Assembly (NCBI GenBank): GCA_013043295.1 | Contig: JABDOO010000016.1 | Location: forward strand, 1 to 42,680 | Source of the DNA: Nitrosopumilus sp. | GTDB taxonomy: Archaea > Thermoproteota > Nitrososphaeria > Nitrososphaerales > Nitrosopumilaceae | Reading direction: 5' to 3' | DNA: 42,680 bases | Shown here: one piece after another, positions 17,932-27,462 of the stretch | How the letters are laid out: each line of letters opens with the position of its first letter | Position numbering within the stretch: the stretch's first letter is position 1 | Notes under the pieces: generated by a model | Database searches by the model: none | What the model was told of the DNA's origin: nothing | Seen by the model: only the letters and a program-made list of their open reading frames with translations | Made by a program: the position numbers and the translations under genes

Positions 17932-19299
17932 GTGTCTAGGGTAGTAATTCTATCAGTTTTGCTAGCAACTCTTATCGTTGTAGGTACAAGTACTCCTGCT
18001 TGGGCAGCCCAATTAGATGCTAGAATTAACCCAAATACTGAAACATCTCCATTTAAGATGAATTATCAAAAAACTGTCTTTATTGAGTATCCAAATGGTG
18101 GAAATCTTTTCGATGAACTACAAGGAAAAGAATGGACTGTCTCTGGAACTGCTGATTCTTCCAACCCTGGTGTTCAAGCACTAATTGAAGAACTCAATCG
18201 TGGAATTGCAAATGATGGTAGTCAAGCACAAATCTCTGATTTGAATGTGGAATATGACTTTCATCTAAAAGCTAGAAACATCAATACTTCAATTGATTAT
18301 CGTGTAGTATTACAAGGAACCTTAACTGATTATGTAATTACAGATGATGGCCAAAGAACTTTAGTGGATTTAGGGTGGAGAGGTCTTACCACTGATAAAG
18401 AAATTAACATTGATGGTGTTGAAATCAATATACCAATTAACATTTTAAGAGATCAAGAACCTGAAGTCTATAATTATTTTGCAGGAACTGCTGCTGAAGA
18501 AGTTTTAGGAAAACATTTGATTAATGCAGATTTTATTTTAGAACAACCACTAACTAATTGGCACTTTTTGTTTGACCCCACTGGCATTAACGTTGATGCT
18601 GGAACATTTGGTTTAGATGACGAAATTGCAGGTTTTGTAATTTCTTCATGGACTATGGGTGAAAGTAGCCTTAGAGAAGGACGACAAGTAGAACGTGTCT
18701 TTGAAGCTGAAGTTGTTTCAGATAGCACATACATTGTTAGAAGTGTTCAATCATCTGATCAAGCAAACTTATCTGCAGTTGGATTTGGTGCCTTAGATAT
18801 TTTAGATGGTATTGAAATTATTGGTGTAACTCCAACTCCACCTGAGGATTACATGACCACTTCAACTGGTGATTTTCCTGTCATGATTGTTTATGGTATG
18901 GCTGGATTGGCAGCTGTTGCTGGAATTGCATTTTTCTTTGTTAGTAGCAGATCTCTGAAAAACGAGAAACAGGGTCAACAAGGAATTGACCCAAGTAATC
19001 TTGTAGGATATCAGACTAGTGCTTCTTCTGGTGGATATCAAACCAATAGAGGTGAGGCTCAACTAAAAGATGATACCAATTATCAACAAACCAGAAGTGT
19101 ATATGAGAATACTGCTCCTCAAGAAACAACTACTCCTCCACCAACAATGGCAAATCGTGAGGAAGCAGCATGTGGATGCGCAGCATCTGCTGAAATGGGC
19201 TCTGAATGTGACTGTGAAATGCAAGGTTCATGTCTATGTGATGCTTCATGTGGATGTGCAGCAGAAATTTGTAAAGATCAAGTTAGCTCCATGAGTTAA
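17932..19299 (+). CDS. Single-pass membrane protein with C-terminal Cys-rich metallothionein-like tail
   Basis: Signal peptide, acidic ectodomain, TM (IVYGMAGLAAVAGIAFFFV), polar linker, then CGC..CDC..CLC..CGC..C. Confidence 0.8.
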   Translation: MSRVVILSVLLATLIVVGTSTPAWAAQLDARINPNTETSPFKMNYQKTVFIEYPNGGNLFDELQGKEWTVSGTADSSNPGVQALIEELNRGIANDGSQAQISDLNVEYDFHLKARNINTSIDYRVVLQGTLTDYVITDDGQRTLVDLGWRGLTTDKEINIDGVEINIPINILRDQEPEVYNYFAGTAAEEVLGKHLINADFILEQPLTNWHFLFDPTGINVDAGTFGLDDEIAGFVISSWTMGESSLREGRQVERVFEAEVVSDSTYIVRSVQSSDQANLSAVGFGALDILDGIEIIGVTPTPPEDYMTTSTGDFPVMIVYGMAGLAAVAGIAFFFVSSRSLKNEKQGQQGIDPSNLVGYQTSASSGGYQTNRGEAQLKDDTNYQQTRSVYENTAPQETTTPPPTMANREEAACGCAASAEMGSECDCEMQGSCLCDASCGCAAEICKDQVSSMS

Positions 19300-19419
19300 T
19301 CTTAGTTTAGATTTTATATTTTCAATATTACCAAAAATGGGAATATTTACGGTATTTCATGTTTTTGTTAAAAAATGATTTTTAATAGCTCATAATAGTT
19401 ATGAAAATAATCTTTCTAT

Positions 19420-19563
19420 GTGTCTGAACGATTAACTATCATGCTACATAGTGACATTGCAAAAAAACTTCGAGCATTACAAGCTAAAAAAATCAAAGAA
19501 TCCTCCTCCACAGTAAGTTTTTCAAGAATTGTAAATGAGGTTCTAGAAAAAGGCCTAAAATAG
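19420..19563 (+). CDS. 47-aa ribbon-helix-helix-like protein (not in ORF track)
   Basis: Manual translation MSERLTIMLHSDIAKKLRALQAKKIKESSSTVSFSRIVNEVLEKGLK; beta strand RLTIML plus S.SRIV.E.L second helix. Confidence 0.75.
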   Translation: MSERLTIMLHSDIAKKLRALQAKKIKESSSTVSFSRIVNEVLEKGLK

Positions 19564-19570
19564 ATTGGAG

Positions 19571-19684
19571 TTATTTTTTCTTAGTTGATATTTTTAATTT
19601 ATGGATTGTTCGAAGATGCCTTTGTAGATGGCCCTCTCCAGCTAAATGTTTTTTGCATTCTGGACATTGAATTCGTTTAGCCAT
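19571..19684 (-). CDS. 37-aa C2H2 zinc-finger microprotein (not in ORF track)
   Basis: Manual translation MAKRIQCPECKKHLAGEGHLQRHLRTIHKLKISTKKK = C-x2-C-x12-H-x4-H. Confidence 0.78.
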   Translation of the reverse strand: MAKRIQCPECKKHLAGEGHLQRHLRTIHKLKISTKKK

Positions 19685-19743
19685 AGTGTATTCATATTTT
19701 TTTATGAAATTCATATATTAATTAATTGAAATTTAAAAAATAT

Positions 19744-20024
19744 GTGTGCTGGGAGTAACCCTCCTTCTGTTTTCACGATATTTCGCTTTGCAGCCTACCT
19801 GAACATAGTACAGGAACTTAAAGTTCTGTTTGGCTTTGCTCCATGCGGGTCGTCTTTTTCATTCCTTTTATGGAAACCTCAGGTTTTGCCATCATAGTGC
19901 GCCATATTGGATATTTTTCTGCTCCGTTGCCAATCATCTCTGATTATCTATCTCCAGATCACATTTCCTGTTTGGAGGGAGGAGTTTCCTCTGCCGTAGC
20001 AGCGTGTCGTGCTCCAGCTCACAC
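19744..20024 (-). ncRNA. rnpB: RNase P RNA
   Basis: Minus strand has GAGGAAACTCCTCCC near the 5' end and AACAGAAGGAGGGTTA near the 3' end (P4 pairing), with complementary termini GTGTGAGCTGGAG/CTCCCAGCACAC (P1); GC-rich in an AT-rich context. Confidence 0.93.
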
Positions 20025-20055
20025 TATTACTAATAATTTCTATATGATTTGAATA

Positions 20056-20709
20056 TTACTTTGCAGGTTTTGTGCCTGTAATGAATAATGTCCCAAATTC
20101 TCTTTTCCACTTTTTCTTACTTTTCAAATCTTTGATATGTTTAGTTTCTACTTTGAATCCTGCATTTTTAAAAAATTCCTTCCATTCTTTTTTTGAATGC
20201 AAATGCATTTGAATCTTCATAATTCCTGCCCATCTGGATGTTGCTTTATTATCTGTGTAAAAATCTGTTCCACAAAAAAATTTCCCTCCCGGTTTTAACA
20301 ATTTGTATATTTTCTCTAGTGCAATTTCAATAGAGTCTGCATAATAGAGAGATTCCATTGAAAAAATATAGTTAAACTTTCCCTTGTAAATCATCGACTC
20401 TATGTCTGTATGATAAAAAATTTCTTTCTTACTTTCTATCTTTTTTTGGGCTTGTATAATCATTTTTTTGCTTTTATCTATGCCTACTGATTTTTTACAA
20501 TTCTTCTCCTTTGCTATTTTTCTAACAACCCATCCATTTCCACATCCTACATCAAGAAATGTAAATGGTTTTTCAAACGATACTGTTTTTAAAAATTTTA
20601 AAACATTTTCTCCGTGCTCTGTCTCCATTAATTCTGCCCTTCCATTTAGTGCCCATTTGTCAAAAGTTTTCCTTACTTCATCCACATTTCCTATTTTTCT
20701 TATTTCCAT
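20056..20709 (-). CDS. Class I SAM-dependent methyltransferase
   Basis: FLDVGCGNGW, GIDKS, LLKPGG. Confidence 0.9.
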   Translation of the reverse strand: MEIRKIGNVDEVRKTFDKWALNGRAELMETEHGENVLKFLKTVSFEKPFTFLDVGCGNGWVVRKIAKEKNCKKSVGIDKSKKMIIQAQKKIESKKEIFYHTDIESMIYKGKFNYIFSMESLYYADSIEIALEKIYKLLKPGGKFFCGTDFYTDNKATSRWAGIMKIQMHLHSKKEWKEFFKNAGFKVETKHIKDLKSKKKWKREFGTLFITGTKPAK

Positions 20710-20793
20710 ATAATCTTCTCTTACTTAGCTTTGATATGAACGACTTCTTCGTGTCTCTTATATTCAATTTCTAATAATTAATTTTGAATAGAA

Positions 20794-21009
20794 ATGCCAG
20801 ATGAATCTTGCAGAAACTGTGGTGGAAAATTGTATGAGAATACAAAGTGTTCTCAATGCATGAAATGCACCAGTATGATCTGTAATAATTGTGCAACAAG
20901 CACACTGGAACAATTTCATTCAATTTGTATGTCTTACTCGTCCAACCAAACCAACACTGTGCCCGAATCAAAGTCTGGCAACTATCGTATGGTAGTTGCC
21001 ATGGCTTGA
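20794..21009 (+). CDS. Small Cys-rich zinc-binding protein
   Basis: 71 aa: CRNC, CSQC, CNNC, HSIC give 8 plausible Zn ligands. Confidence 0.75.
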   Translation: MPDESCRNCGGKLYENTKCSQCMKCTSMICNNCATSTLEQFHSICMSYSSNQTNTVPESKSGNYRMVVAMA

Positions 21010-21066
21010 TTCATCGAATTCTACTAATCATAGCTACTCAAGTTTTAAGTATAATGAGGCTAGATT

Positions 21067-24033
21067 TTGATCCTTATGGGTAGAATTCCAATGATTTTGA
21101 GCCTATTTGTAATACTACTCATGCCCGTTTATGCATCGGCACAGACTCCTGATCGTATTACTATCCTAGAAAGCTTTGGAAGTTATGATAGGGGAGAACC
21201 CTTATTTGTTTACGGACAAATTGCCAATCTTTTGGATGATTCGTTTCTAATTATGCAAATTGTCAATCCACATGGTGACTTGTGTCAAATTCAACAACTT
21301 GTTCCATTACCTAATGGTGCGTTCATAACAGATGTAATTCCATTAAAGGGTAGGATTTGTGGTATCCCTGGAGAATATGAAATCAAACTATTTTACGGTG
21401 ACTATACTAAAACAACATCCTTTACTGTTACTTCGAATATCTTTTCTGAACCTGATGACAAAGAAATGATTGAATCTGCAAAAAATTTAATTTCTAATCA
21501 AGGAATTGTGGTAGGAGAACTATTTGACATTCCATCACCCATTTCTAATCAAACCTCAAATAATTTGTCAGAACTTGAATCTAGTTATGTTGATTTATGG
21601 AGTGAATTTTTTGTAGATGATCTTATTATTGAAATTAATCCCTTAATCCGACCTGCTGTTTCTTCATCATTGAACTCTGTACAAAAATTATTGGATTCTG
21701 ATGAAATTTCTTTTGAGATTGCAAAATCTATAGATGAAATAATTTTTAGCGCGATATTTTATTATGAAATAGGGAATAAAACAAAGGCAATTGATTTACT
21801 AACTGATGCATTTGTTGATGTTAGAAATGTAAATCCTGAAAAAACACCAAATCAACGGGCACCAACCTTTGATGAATTAGAAGAAACATTGCTGAATTTA
21901 ATGAAAAAATCTGATACCATAATGAGCAAGTCTGTAAAGAATGAAGTAGGATTTATTTTTGCTCGAGGTACAGCCCCTGTGTATTCATCTGAAATCACTG
22001 AGCTAATTGACATTCTTTCAAAATCTCGTTATCTAGATGTTATATCTAGAAACCAAAATGATCTTTACAGACTAGTTCAAAGTGATTGGGAATCTTTGAA
22101 GCCGTCATTAACTGGAAAGGAATCTATTGAAGAATTAATTGCTTCAAACTCTCGTGTATCTGATTTACATAATGCTGCCATACTTTTACGGGAACTTGAT
22201 AATGTTGATAGATTCATTTCCTCAGATTCTGAAGAAAATAGTGATCTTGCCAATCTAATCATGCCTGATTGGAATCAACTAGAAACTGATTTGGCATTAG
22301 CTTCCTCTGTTGAGGATATCTTGGAATCTGAATCCAAAATCCACCAAATGGCTCAAGTTATTGATATTTCATCAAGAATTAGTAAAAGCGTTGAAATTTC
22401 CCAAGCCAGTGGTGTAGATAGAGATATCGTAAATGATTGGAAATTACTTTTAGAGCGAGTAGAAATTGCAAATTCTATTGATGAAATATTAGAAATTGTT
22501 TCAGAATTTGATCAATCTATGACAGAACTTAGAGAGAAGCGAAATCCTTTGGTCGTTTTAGAATTTCAATACAAGGCTATGAAAGAAAAGGCCGAACTCC
22601 AAGCTGATTATGCAAATTTATTCTTAATTGATAATGCCTTAAAAATTCTAGATACTGCAAAGCAAATGGAATCTGGAAATCCTTCTATTACTAGAATTGA
22701 TAGAATAGAGGTACTTCTGACATGGGTTAGTGACATATCTCCAAAAATACAGGATGATTTAGATTCTTACAATAAAGATGCGTACAAAATTCGGGCTAGT
22801 GATATTCTACAACGTGCAAAATCTTTGGAAAATTTGGTTGAATTAAGTTTGACCAAAAATCGTTTCTTGCCAAATTATATTGAATTTACTGAAACATTTA
22901 ATGAAAAAATTGATGACGTTAGAGATCTTGTAATTAAAAATGATCTTGATCAAGCTGATGAGCTTGTTCGTGATCTTTTTGAAGAATGGACTAGTGTGTC
23001 AAAAGCATATACTGATGATCCATATGGATCTGATGTTGGATACACTGCAGATGAAATCAAAAGAATTGACTTTCGTAAAAAATTAGATAATTATTCTAAT
23101 ATGGTCTCAACTTTCTATAATCCTGGATTTTTAGATCATGCTGATGAGTATCATGAAAAAATGGATCAAGCTGATGAGCTAATTGAAATTGCAAATTTTG
23201 TTGATGCTGAATCTAAGATTTTAGAAATTGGAAACTATCTAAGTGAATATCTGGTTCTAAATGACGATAGCATCATTTATGATATTTCCTTTGATGTTGA
23301 AAAAAATATTTGGGTGATTAACGGTGCCACTGAAAAATCTGTTTTTGATAGGAGAGAAAATCTCTATGTGACTGTATATCATATGGATGGCACAAAACAC
23401 AGTAGCCTTGAATTTACTGATACTAAACAAGGGAATTTCTTTACACAGTGGGTTGCACCTACGGATCCTGGGCTATATGTTGTAATGCTGCAGTACAAGG
23501 ATTCAAAGGCTTCACAAATTGTGCATATTGAAGAAGAATTTGATTATGAATACAATATATCTGATTTGAATATGGTTGAACTTGCACGGGAATTTGAGGA
23601 ACTAGAATCCTTTGCAGAAAAATTTGGAGGTCAAAGTTTTAGTGAGAATCCTAGATTTGCTTCAGTAATCAATGAAATTGAATTTGCCTTTAAAGACAAA
23701 GACCCCGAAAACGTAAATGATAACCTCAACGAACTAAAAACCATCATTGAGAGATATCTTCCAGAACGATCTCGTGTTGCAGTGATTGAGGCTGTTTATG
23801 ATAATGACAAATTGATTGTATCTGGTGCTGTTCAAAAAACAATAGCCTTTAGAGAAGATTTGTTTGTTGATGTGTATGATCAACGAGGAACATTAATTGA
23901 AGAGATTGCACTAAAAGATAATTCTTCTGGCTTATTTACTGAAACTGTAAATCGTGCATTTGATTCTGGTGTATATGTTACTCAATTACAGTATCACGAT
24001 GTCATAGTTACTGATTTCTTTAATGTAAAATAA
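21067..24033 (+). CDS. Large acidic secreted protein (Ig-like ends, helical core), function unknown
   Basis: 988 aa; signal peptide ending ASA-Q; three similar beta domains ending PGEYEIKLFY, PGLYVVMLQY, SGVYVTQLQY. Confidence 0.8.
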   Translation: MILMGRIPMILSLFVILLMPVYASAQTPDRITILESFGSYDRGEPLFVYGQIANLLDDSFLIMQIVNPHGDLCQIQQLVPLPNGAFITDVIPLKGRICGIPGEYEIKLFYGDYTKTTSFTVTSNIFSEPDDKEMIESAKNLISNQGIVVGELFDIPSPISNQTSNNLSELESSYVDLWSEFFVDDLIIEINPLIRPAVSSSLNSVQKLLDSDEISFEIAKSIDEIIFSAIFYYEIGNKTKAIDLLTDAFVDVRNVNPEKTPNQRAPTFDELEETLLNLMKKSDTIMSKSVKNEVGFIFARGTAPVYSSEITELIDILSKSRYLDVISRNQNDLYRLVQSDWESLKPSLTGKESIEELIASNSRVSDLHNAAILLRELDNVDRFISSDSEENSDLANLIMPDWNQLETDLALASSVEDILESESKIHQMAQVIDISSRISKSVEISQASGVDRDIVNDWKLLLERVEIANSIDEILEIVSEFDQSMTELREKRNPLVVLEFQYKAMKEKAELQADYANLFLIDNALKILDTAKQMESGNPSITRIDRIEVLLTWVSDISPKIQDDLDSYNKDAYKIRASDILQRAKSLENLVELSLTKNRFLPNYIEFTETFNEKIDDVRDLVIKNDLDQADELVRDLFEEWTSVSKAYTDDPYGSDVGYTADEIKRIDFRKKLDNYSNMVSTFYNPGFLDHADEYHEKMDQADELIEIANFVDAESKILEIGNYLSEYLVLNDDSIIYDISFDVEKNIWVINGATEKSVFDRRENLYVTVYHMDGTKHSSLEFTDTKQGNFFTQWVAPTDPGLYVVMLQYKDSKASQIVHIEEEFDYEYNISDLNMVELAREFEELESFAEKFGGQSFSENPRFASVINEIEFAFKDKDPENVNDNLNELKTIIERYLPERSRVAVIEAVYDNDKLIVSGAVQKTIAFREDLFVDVYDQRGTLIEEIALKDNSSGLFTETVNRAFDSGVYVTQLQYHDVIVTDFFNVK

Positions 24034-25248
24034 TTATTTTTTTCCTTTTACTAAATTGAATAGTTGTCTAACTGCAAGTTTTGGATGATGAGTAGCTAAT
24101 TTGAGCATGTTTGATAATCCAAAATCTGCTTTAATGAAATCTATGAATTCTTCAGATTTTAATTCTTTAATGATGTCTAGTTCTTTATCCCATTCATCGT
24201 CTGTTAAACCAATCCACCTATCCTGAACTTTTCCTGCCGAATTAATTTTTGATTCAATGTCTTTTCTCCAATTCTCCTCATATGGGTAAAGGGATTTTTC
24301 ATCTGTATTGCCATCTATTATTGCCTTTGATGCAACTTTTCCTGCAACCCTTCCGAATTTTATTGCATATCTAATTCCTTCTAAAACCAATGGATTTGCC
24401 TGTCCTGCAGAATCTCCTACAAGAATTAAATTATTGAATACTGTTTTTCTTGACAATCCATCATTGGGGATTAAACCATAATGGAATTCCAACTCTGTTA
24501 ACTTTCCAAGCTTTTTGATAGGTCCTAGTTTTTTCTCAATTATTTCTTTTAGTCTTTGTGTTGGATCTACATTTGATTCTGGTTTGCCCACTCCTACTCC
24601 GATTCTAACTATGTTGTCTCCTAAAGGAAAAATCCATGCATATCCTGCAGGTGAATATTCCTGTCCAACCATAAGCCACCATGTATCTGAATCTACATTT
24701 TCTGCTTTGACTTCATATTCTGCCCCTGCTCCGAATCTTTCCCATTGGGGAGCAAATTCCATGGCTTTACAAACAGTTGATGGAAAACCACTTGCGTCAA
24801 TAACCACTTTTGAATTAAATGTTATTTTTCCATTAGGTCCAATACCCTCTACTCCTACAATATCTCCATTTTTATTTTTGATTGCGTTTTTGATATTTGT
24901 CTTAACAAAAACATCTGCACCACATTTTTCTGCCTCTTTTGCCAGCCATCGATATGTTTTTCTAACATCTAAAACTGCTGCTCTTGGAATAGTGTCACTA
25001 ATAGTTACTTGATTCTTAGGTGAACAAAATGAAAAGTTTTTGATTGGATTAAAGCAGTTATCAGGAATTCCAAACTCTTTGATGTTTTGAATCCATGTTA
25101 CTCCACTTGTTCTAACAGTTTCTGCTATGGTGTTTTCCTTTTCAATTAATGCTACCTTGATTCCATTTTTTGCTGCAGCAAATGCTGCAGAAGATCCTGC
25201 TGGCCCTCCTCCAACAACTACTAAATCATAATAGAATTCTTCAGACAA
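24034..25248 (-). CDS. Geranylgeranyl reductase-family FAD oxidoreductase
   Basis: VVGGGPAGSSAA, LDVRK, IDASG, PAGYAWIFP, LVGDSAGQANPLVLEGIRYA. Confidence 0.88.
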   Translation of the reverse strand: MSEEFYYDLVVVGGGPAGSSAAFAAAKNGIKVALIEKENTIAETVRTSGVTWIQNIKEFGIPDNCFNPIKNFSFCSPKNQVTISDTIPRAAVLDVRKTYRWLAKEAEKCGADVFVKTNIKNAIKNKNGDIVGVEGIGPNGKITFNSKVVIDASGFPSTVCKAMEFAPQWERFGAGAEYEVKAENVDSDTWWLMVGQEYSPAGYAWIFPLGDNIVRIGVGVGKPESNVDPTQRLKEIIEKKLGPIKKLGKLTELEFHYGLIPNDGLSRKTVFNNLILVGDSAGQANPLVLEGIRYAIKFGRVAGKVASKAIIDGNTDEKSLYPYEENWRKDIESKINSAGKVQDRWIGLTDDEWDKELDIIKELKSEEFIDFIKADFGLSNMLKLATHHPKLAVRQLFNLVKGKK

Positions 25249-25298
25249 TCAAACTGAATCAAGATGACCTAGGATATAATTTTGAGGTATTTTTTGAA

Positions 25299-25508
25299 CT
25301 ATTTTTTCAATACTGGAGTTCCAGTACTATCGTTTTCTCTTTCTGAATCAAATGTCTCCATATGTGCCGGATCCCTGTGCATGAAACTATGTGTTTCCCC
25401 TTCTGTTTTTCTACAAAATTTTGAGTGAATTGTTTCCTCTACCTTTAATGTTGTTTCATTTTCATGAAAAATCCTCTTTCCACAGTCTGGACAAGTAAAT
25501 TCAGGCAT
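25299..25508 (-). CDS. Small C2HC zinc-finger-like protein
   Basis: MPEFTCPDCGK...HSKFC; ATG at 25508. Confidence 0.7.
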   Translation of the reverse strand: MPEFTCPDCGKRIFHENETTLKVEETIHSKFCRKTEGETHSFMHRDPAHMETFDSERENDSTGTPVLKK

Positions 25509-25602
25509 AAATTTTCTCAGTATCAAATCTATTTAGATGTTTCATAGTATGGTGCTTTGTTCTCAACCCAAACTTTAGATGTTTATCATTTAATACATAA
25601 TT

Positions 25603-25719
25603 GTGGAAGAAACTGAGATTGGATCGTTTGTTTTATGGTCTGCCATTACTGGATTAATTATGCTGGTCACTGGCATCAGCTATCGTGCTTACAGTAAGAA
25701 AACAAAGATTTCTTCCTGA
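25603..25719 (+). CDS. 38-aa single-TM microprotein (not in ORF track)
   Basis: Manual translation MEETEIGSFVLWSAITGLIMLVTGISYRAYSKKTKISS; acidic N-terminus, TM, basic C-terminus; TATA-like CTTTAGAT about 25 nt upstream. Confidence 0.6.
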   Translation: MEETEIGSFVLWSAITGLIMLVTGISYRAYSKKTKISS

Positions 25720-25739
25720 AAAATTATTTACTTGAAATG

Positions 25740-26501
25740 CTATCCTTCTGAAGCTGTCTTGCCACCATCTACATTTAGGATGGTTCCTGTTACCCAGTTT
25801 GCTTCATCTGATGCCAAATATAGTGCTGCATTTGCAACATCTACTGGCTCTCCTACCCTTGCAAGAGGTAATCTTTCTTCTAGTACTTTTCTTGCTTGAG
25901 GATCATCAAGGTATGGTTTTATCATTCCCGAATTGATAATTCCCGGATTAACACAATTGCATCTGATATTTTTTCTTGCATATTCGACTGCTATTGATTT
26001 TGTAAACATGGAAATTGCAGCTTTGGTAGATGAGTATACCGCCAAGTGGACTCTGGGAATGGCCCTTTCACTAGAAATAGAACCGATGTTAACGATTGAA
26101 CCGCTTTTGACATCTGACATTTTTGTCAATACTGATTTTGTCATATGAAATACCCCTAACAAGTTAATGTCAATTAATTTTTTAATCTCTGAATCATTCA
26201 TTTCGTGAAAATGTGTCGGATCATTGATAGCTCCTGCATTATTTACCAGGATGTCTATTTTACCATAGGTATCCATGATTTGATTTACTGCTTGTGATAC
26301 TTGTGATTCATCTGTCAAATCACATGATATGGATGCCGTTAATTCTTCATTTCCTATCTCTTTTCTGGTTGATTCTAGTTGTTCCAAATTTCTTGCAACA
26401 AGTACTACTTTGGCTCCTTCTTCTGCAAATCTCTTGGATATTCCTTTCCCGATATCACTTGAAGCTCCTGTAACAATGGCTACTTTATCATTTAATCTCA
26501 T
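25740..26501 (-). CDS. Short-chain dehydrogenase/reductase (FabG-like)
   Basis: [12 protein letters not shown], catalytic YSSTK, NCVNPG, VDGG. Confidence 0.93.
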   Translation of the reverse strand: MRLNDKVAIVTGASSDIGKGISKRFAEEGAKVVLVARNLEQLESTRKEIGNEELTASISCDLTDESQVSQAVNQIMDTYGKIDILVNNAGAINDPTHFHEMNDSEIKKLIDINLLGVFHMTKSVLTKMSDVKSGSIVNIGSISSERAIPRVHLAVYSSTKAAISMFTKSIAVEYARKNIRCNCVNPGIINSGMIKPYLDDPQARKVLEERLPLARVGEPVDVANAALYLASDEANWVTGTILNVDGGKTASEG

Positions 26502-26548
26502 AATTATGGGTAGTTCTCATACTTTATAGAATTTTTGTTGAATCCTAT

Positions 26549-27439
26549 TCATGATTTTTGTTGATTTCTGTTGTTATTTTTTTTAAAAAGCTCTATTATT
26601 CCTGTGTAATCAATTTCACCAAATCCTGCATCAACCGCATTTCCATACACTTCTTCAGCTTTTGAAATCATTGGCAAATCAATACCTAATTCTTTTGCGG
26701 TATTTGTCATGGTTGAAATGTCTTTTTTTAAATTGGCTAATGTGAATGTCGTGTTATATTTCCCATCAATCATCTTGAAAGCCTTCTTTTCACTCATGCC
26801 TGTTTTAAAATAAGTAGAGTTTAAAATTTCTAAAAATATTTTGGGATCTACTCCTGATTTTTCCATTAACATAATCCCCTCTGATAATGATAAAGCCAGC
26901 ATTGCAATTTGAAGATTCATAGCTAATTTTACAGAATGAGCAATTCCACTATCTCCTAGGAAAAATACTTTGTTTGCAATGGCATTCAATACATTTTGAC
27001 ATTCATCAAAACTTTCTTTATTTCCAGATGCCATCATGACCAAGTCTCCTGTAATGGCAACATTTGGGCCTCCCATAACTGGAACATCTAATTTGTTTAT
27101 ACCATATTCTGAAAATTTCTTTGAAATAATTTTTGATTCTGATGGTTCAATTGTACTCATATCTGCAACAATCAGGTTTTCATGCTTTCCTTCAATGATA
27201 CCATTTTTTTCAAATGATACTTGTCTTACTGCTTTTGCATCTTTTACTATTATGATGAGCAATTCTGATTTTTCTGCAACCTCTTTGGGCGTATCTACAA
27301 TTATTGCGCCCTTTTTTTCTAATTCTGATGTTTTCTCTTTTGTTCTATTATATGCGGTAATCTCAAAATTTGATTCTAGCAAATTTAGTGCAACAGCATT
27401 GCCTAGCATTCCTAATCCGATTATGCCAACTTTATTCAT
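26549..27439 (-). CDS. Beta-hydroxyacid dehydrogenase (3-hydroxyisobutyrate/tartronate semialdehyde reductase family)
   Basis: GIIGLGMLG, YNRT, DMSTI, DVPVMGG, VKLAMN, LKKD. Confidence 0.92.
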   Translation of the reverse strand: MNKVGIIGLGMLGNAVALNLLESNFEITAYNRTKEKTSELEKKGAIIVDTPKEVAEKSELLIIIVKDAKAVRQVSFEKNGIIEGKHENLIVADMSTIEPSESKIISKKFSEYGINKLDVPVMGGPNVAITGDLVMMASGNKESFDECQNVLNAIANKVFFLGDSGIAHSVKLAMNLQIAMLALSLSEGIMLMEKSGVDPKIFLEILNSTYFKTGMSEKKAFKMIDGKYNTTFTLANLKKDISTMTNTAKELGIDLPMISKAEEVYGNAVDAGFGEIDYTGIIELFKKNNNRNQQKS

Positions 27440-27462
27440 CTTTTTTAATTCCCTGAGAACTG

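Noticed and set aside
19843-20052. 69-aa ORF
   Set aside because: Antisense to RNase P RNA; open because of local GC richness.
25740-27439. SDR and beta-hydroxyacid dehydrogenase as 3HP/4HB carbon-fixation enzymes
   Set aside because: Family motifs do not fix the substrate and no other cycle genes are adjacent.
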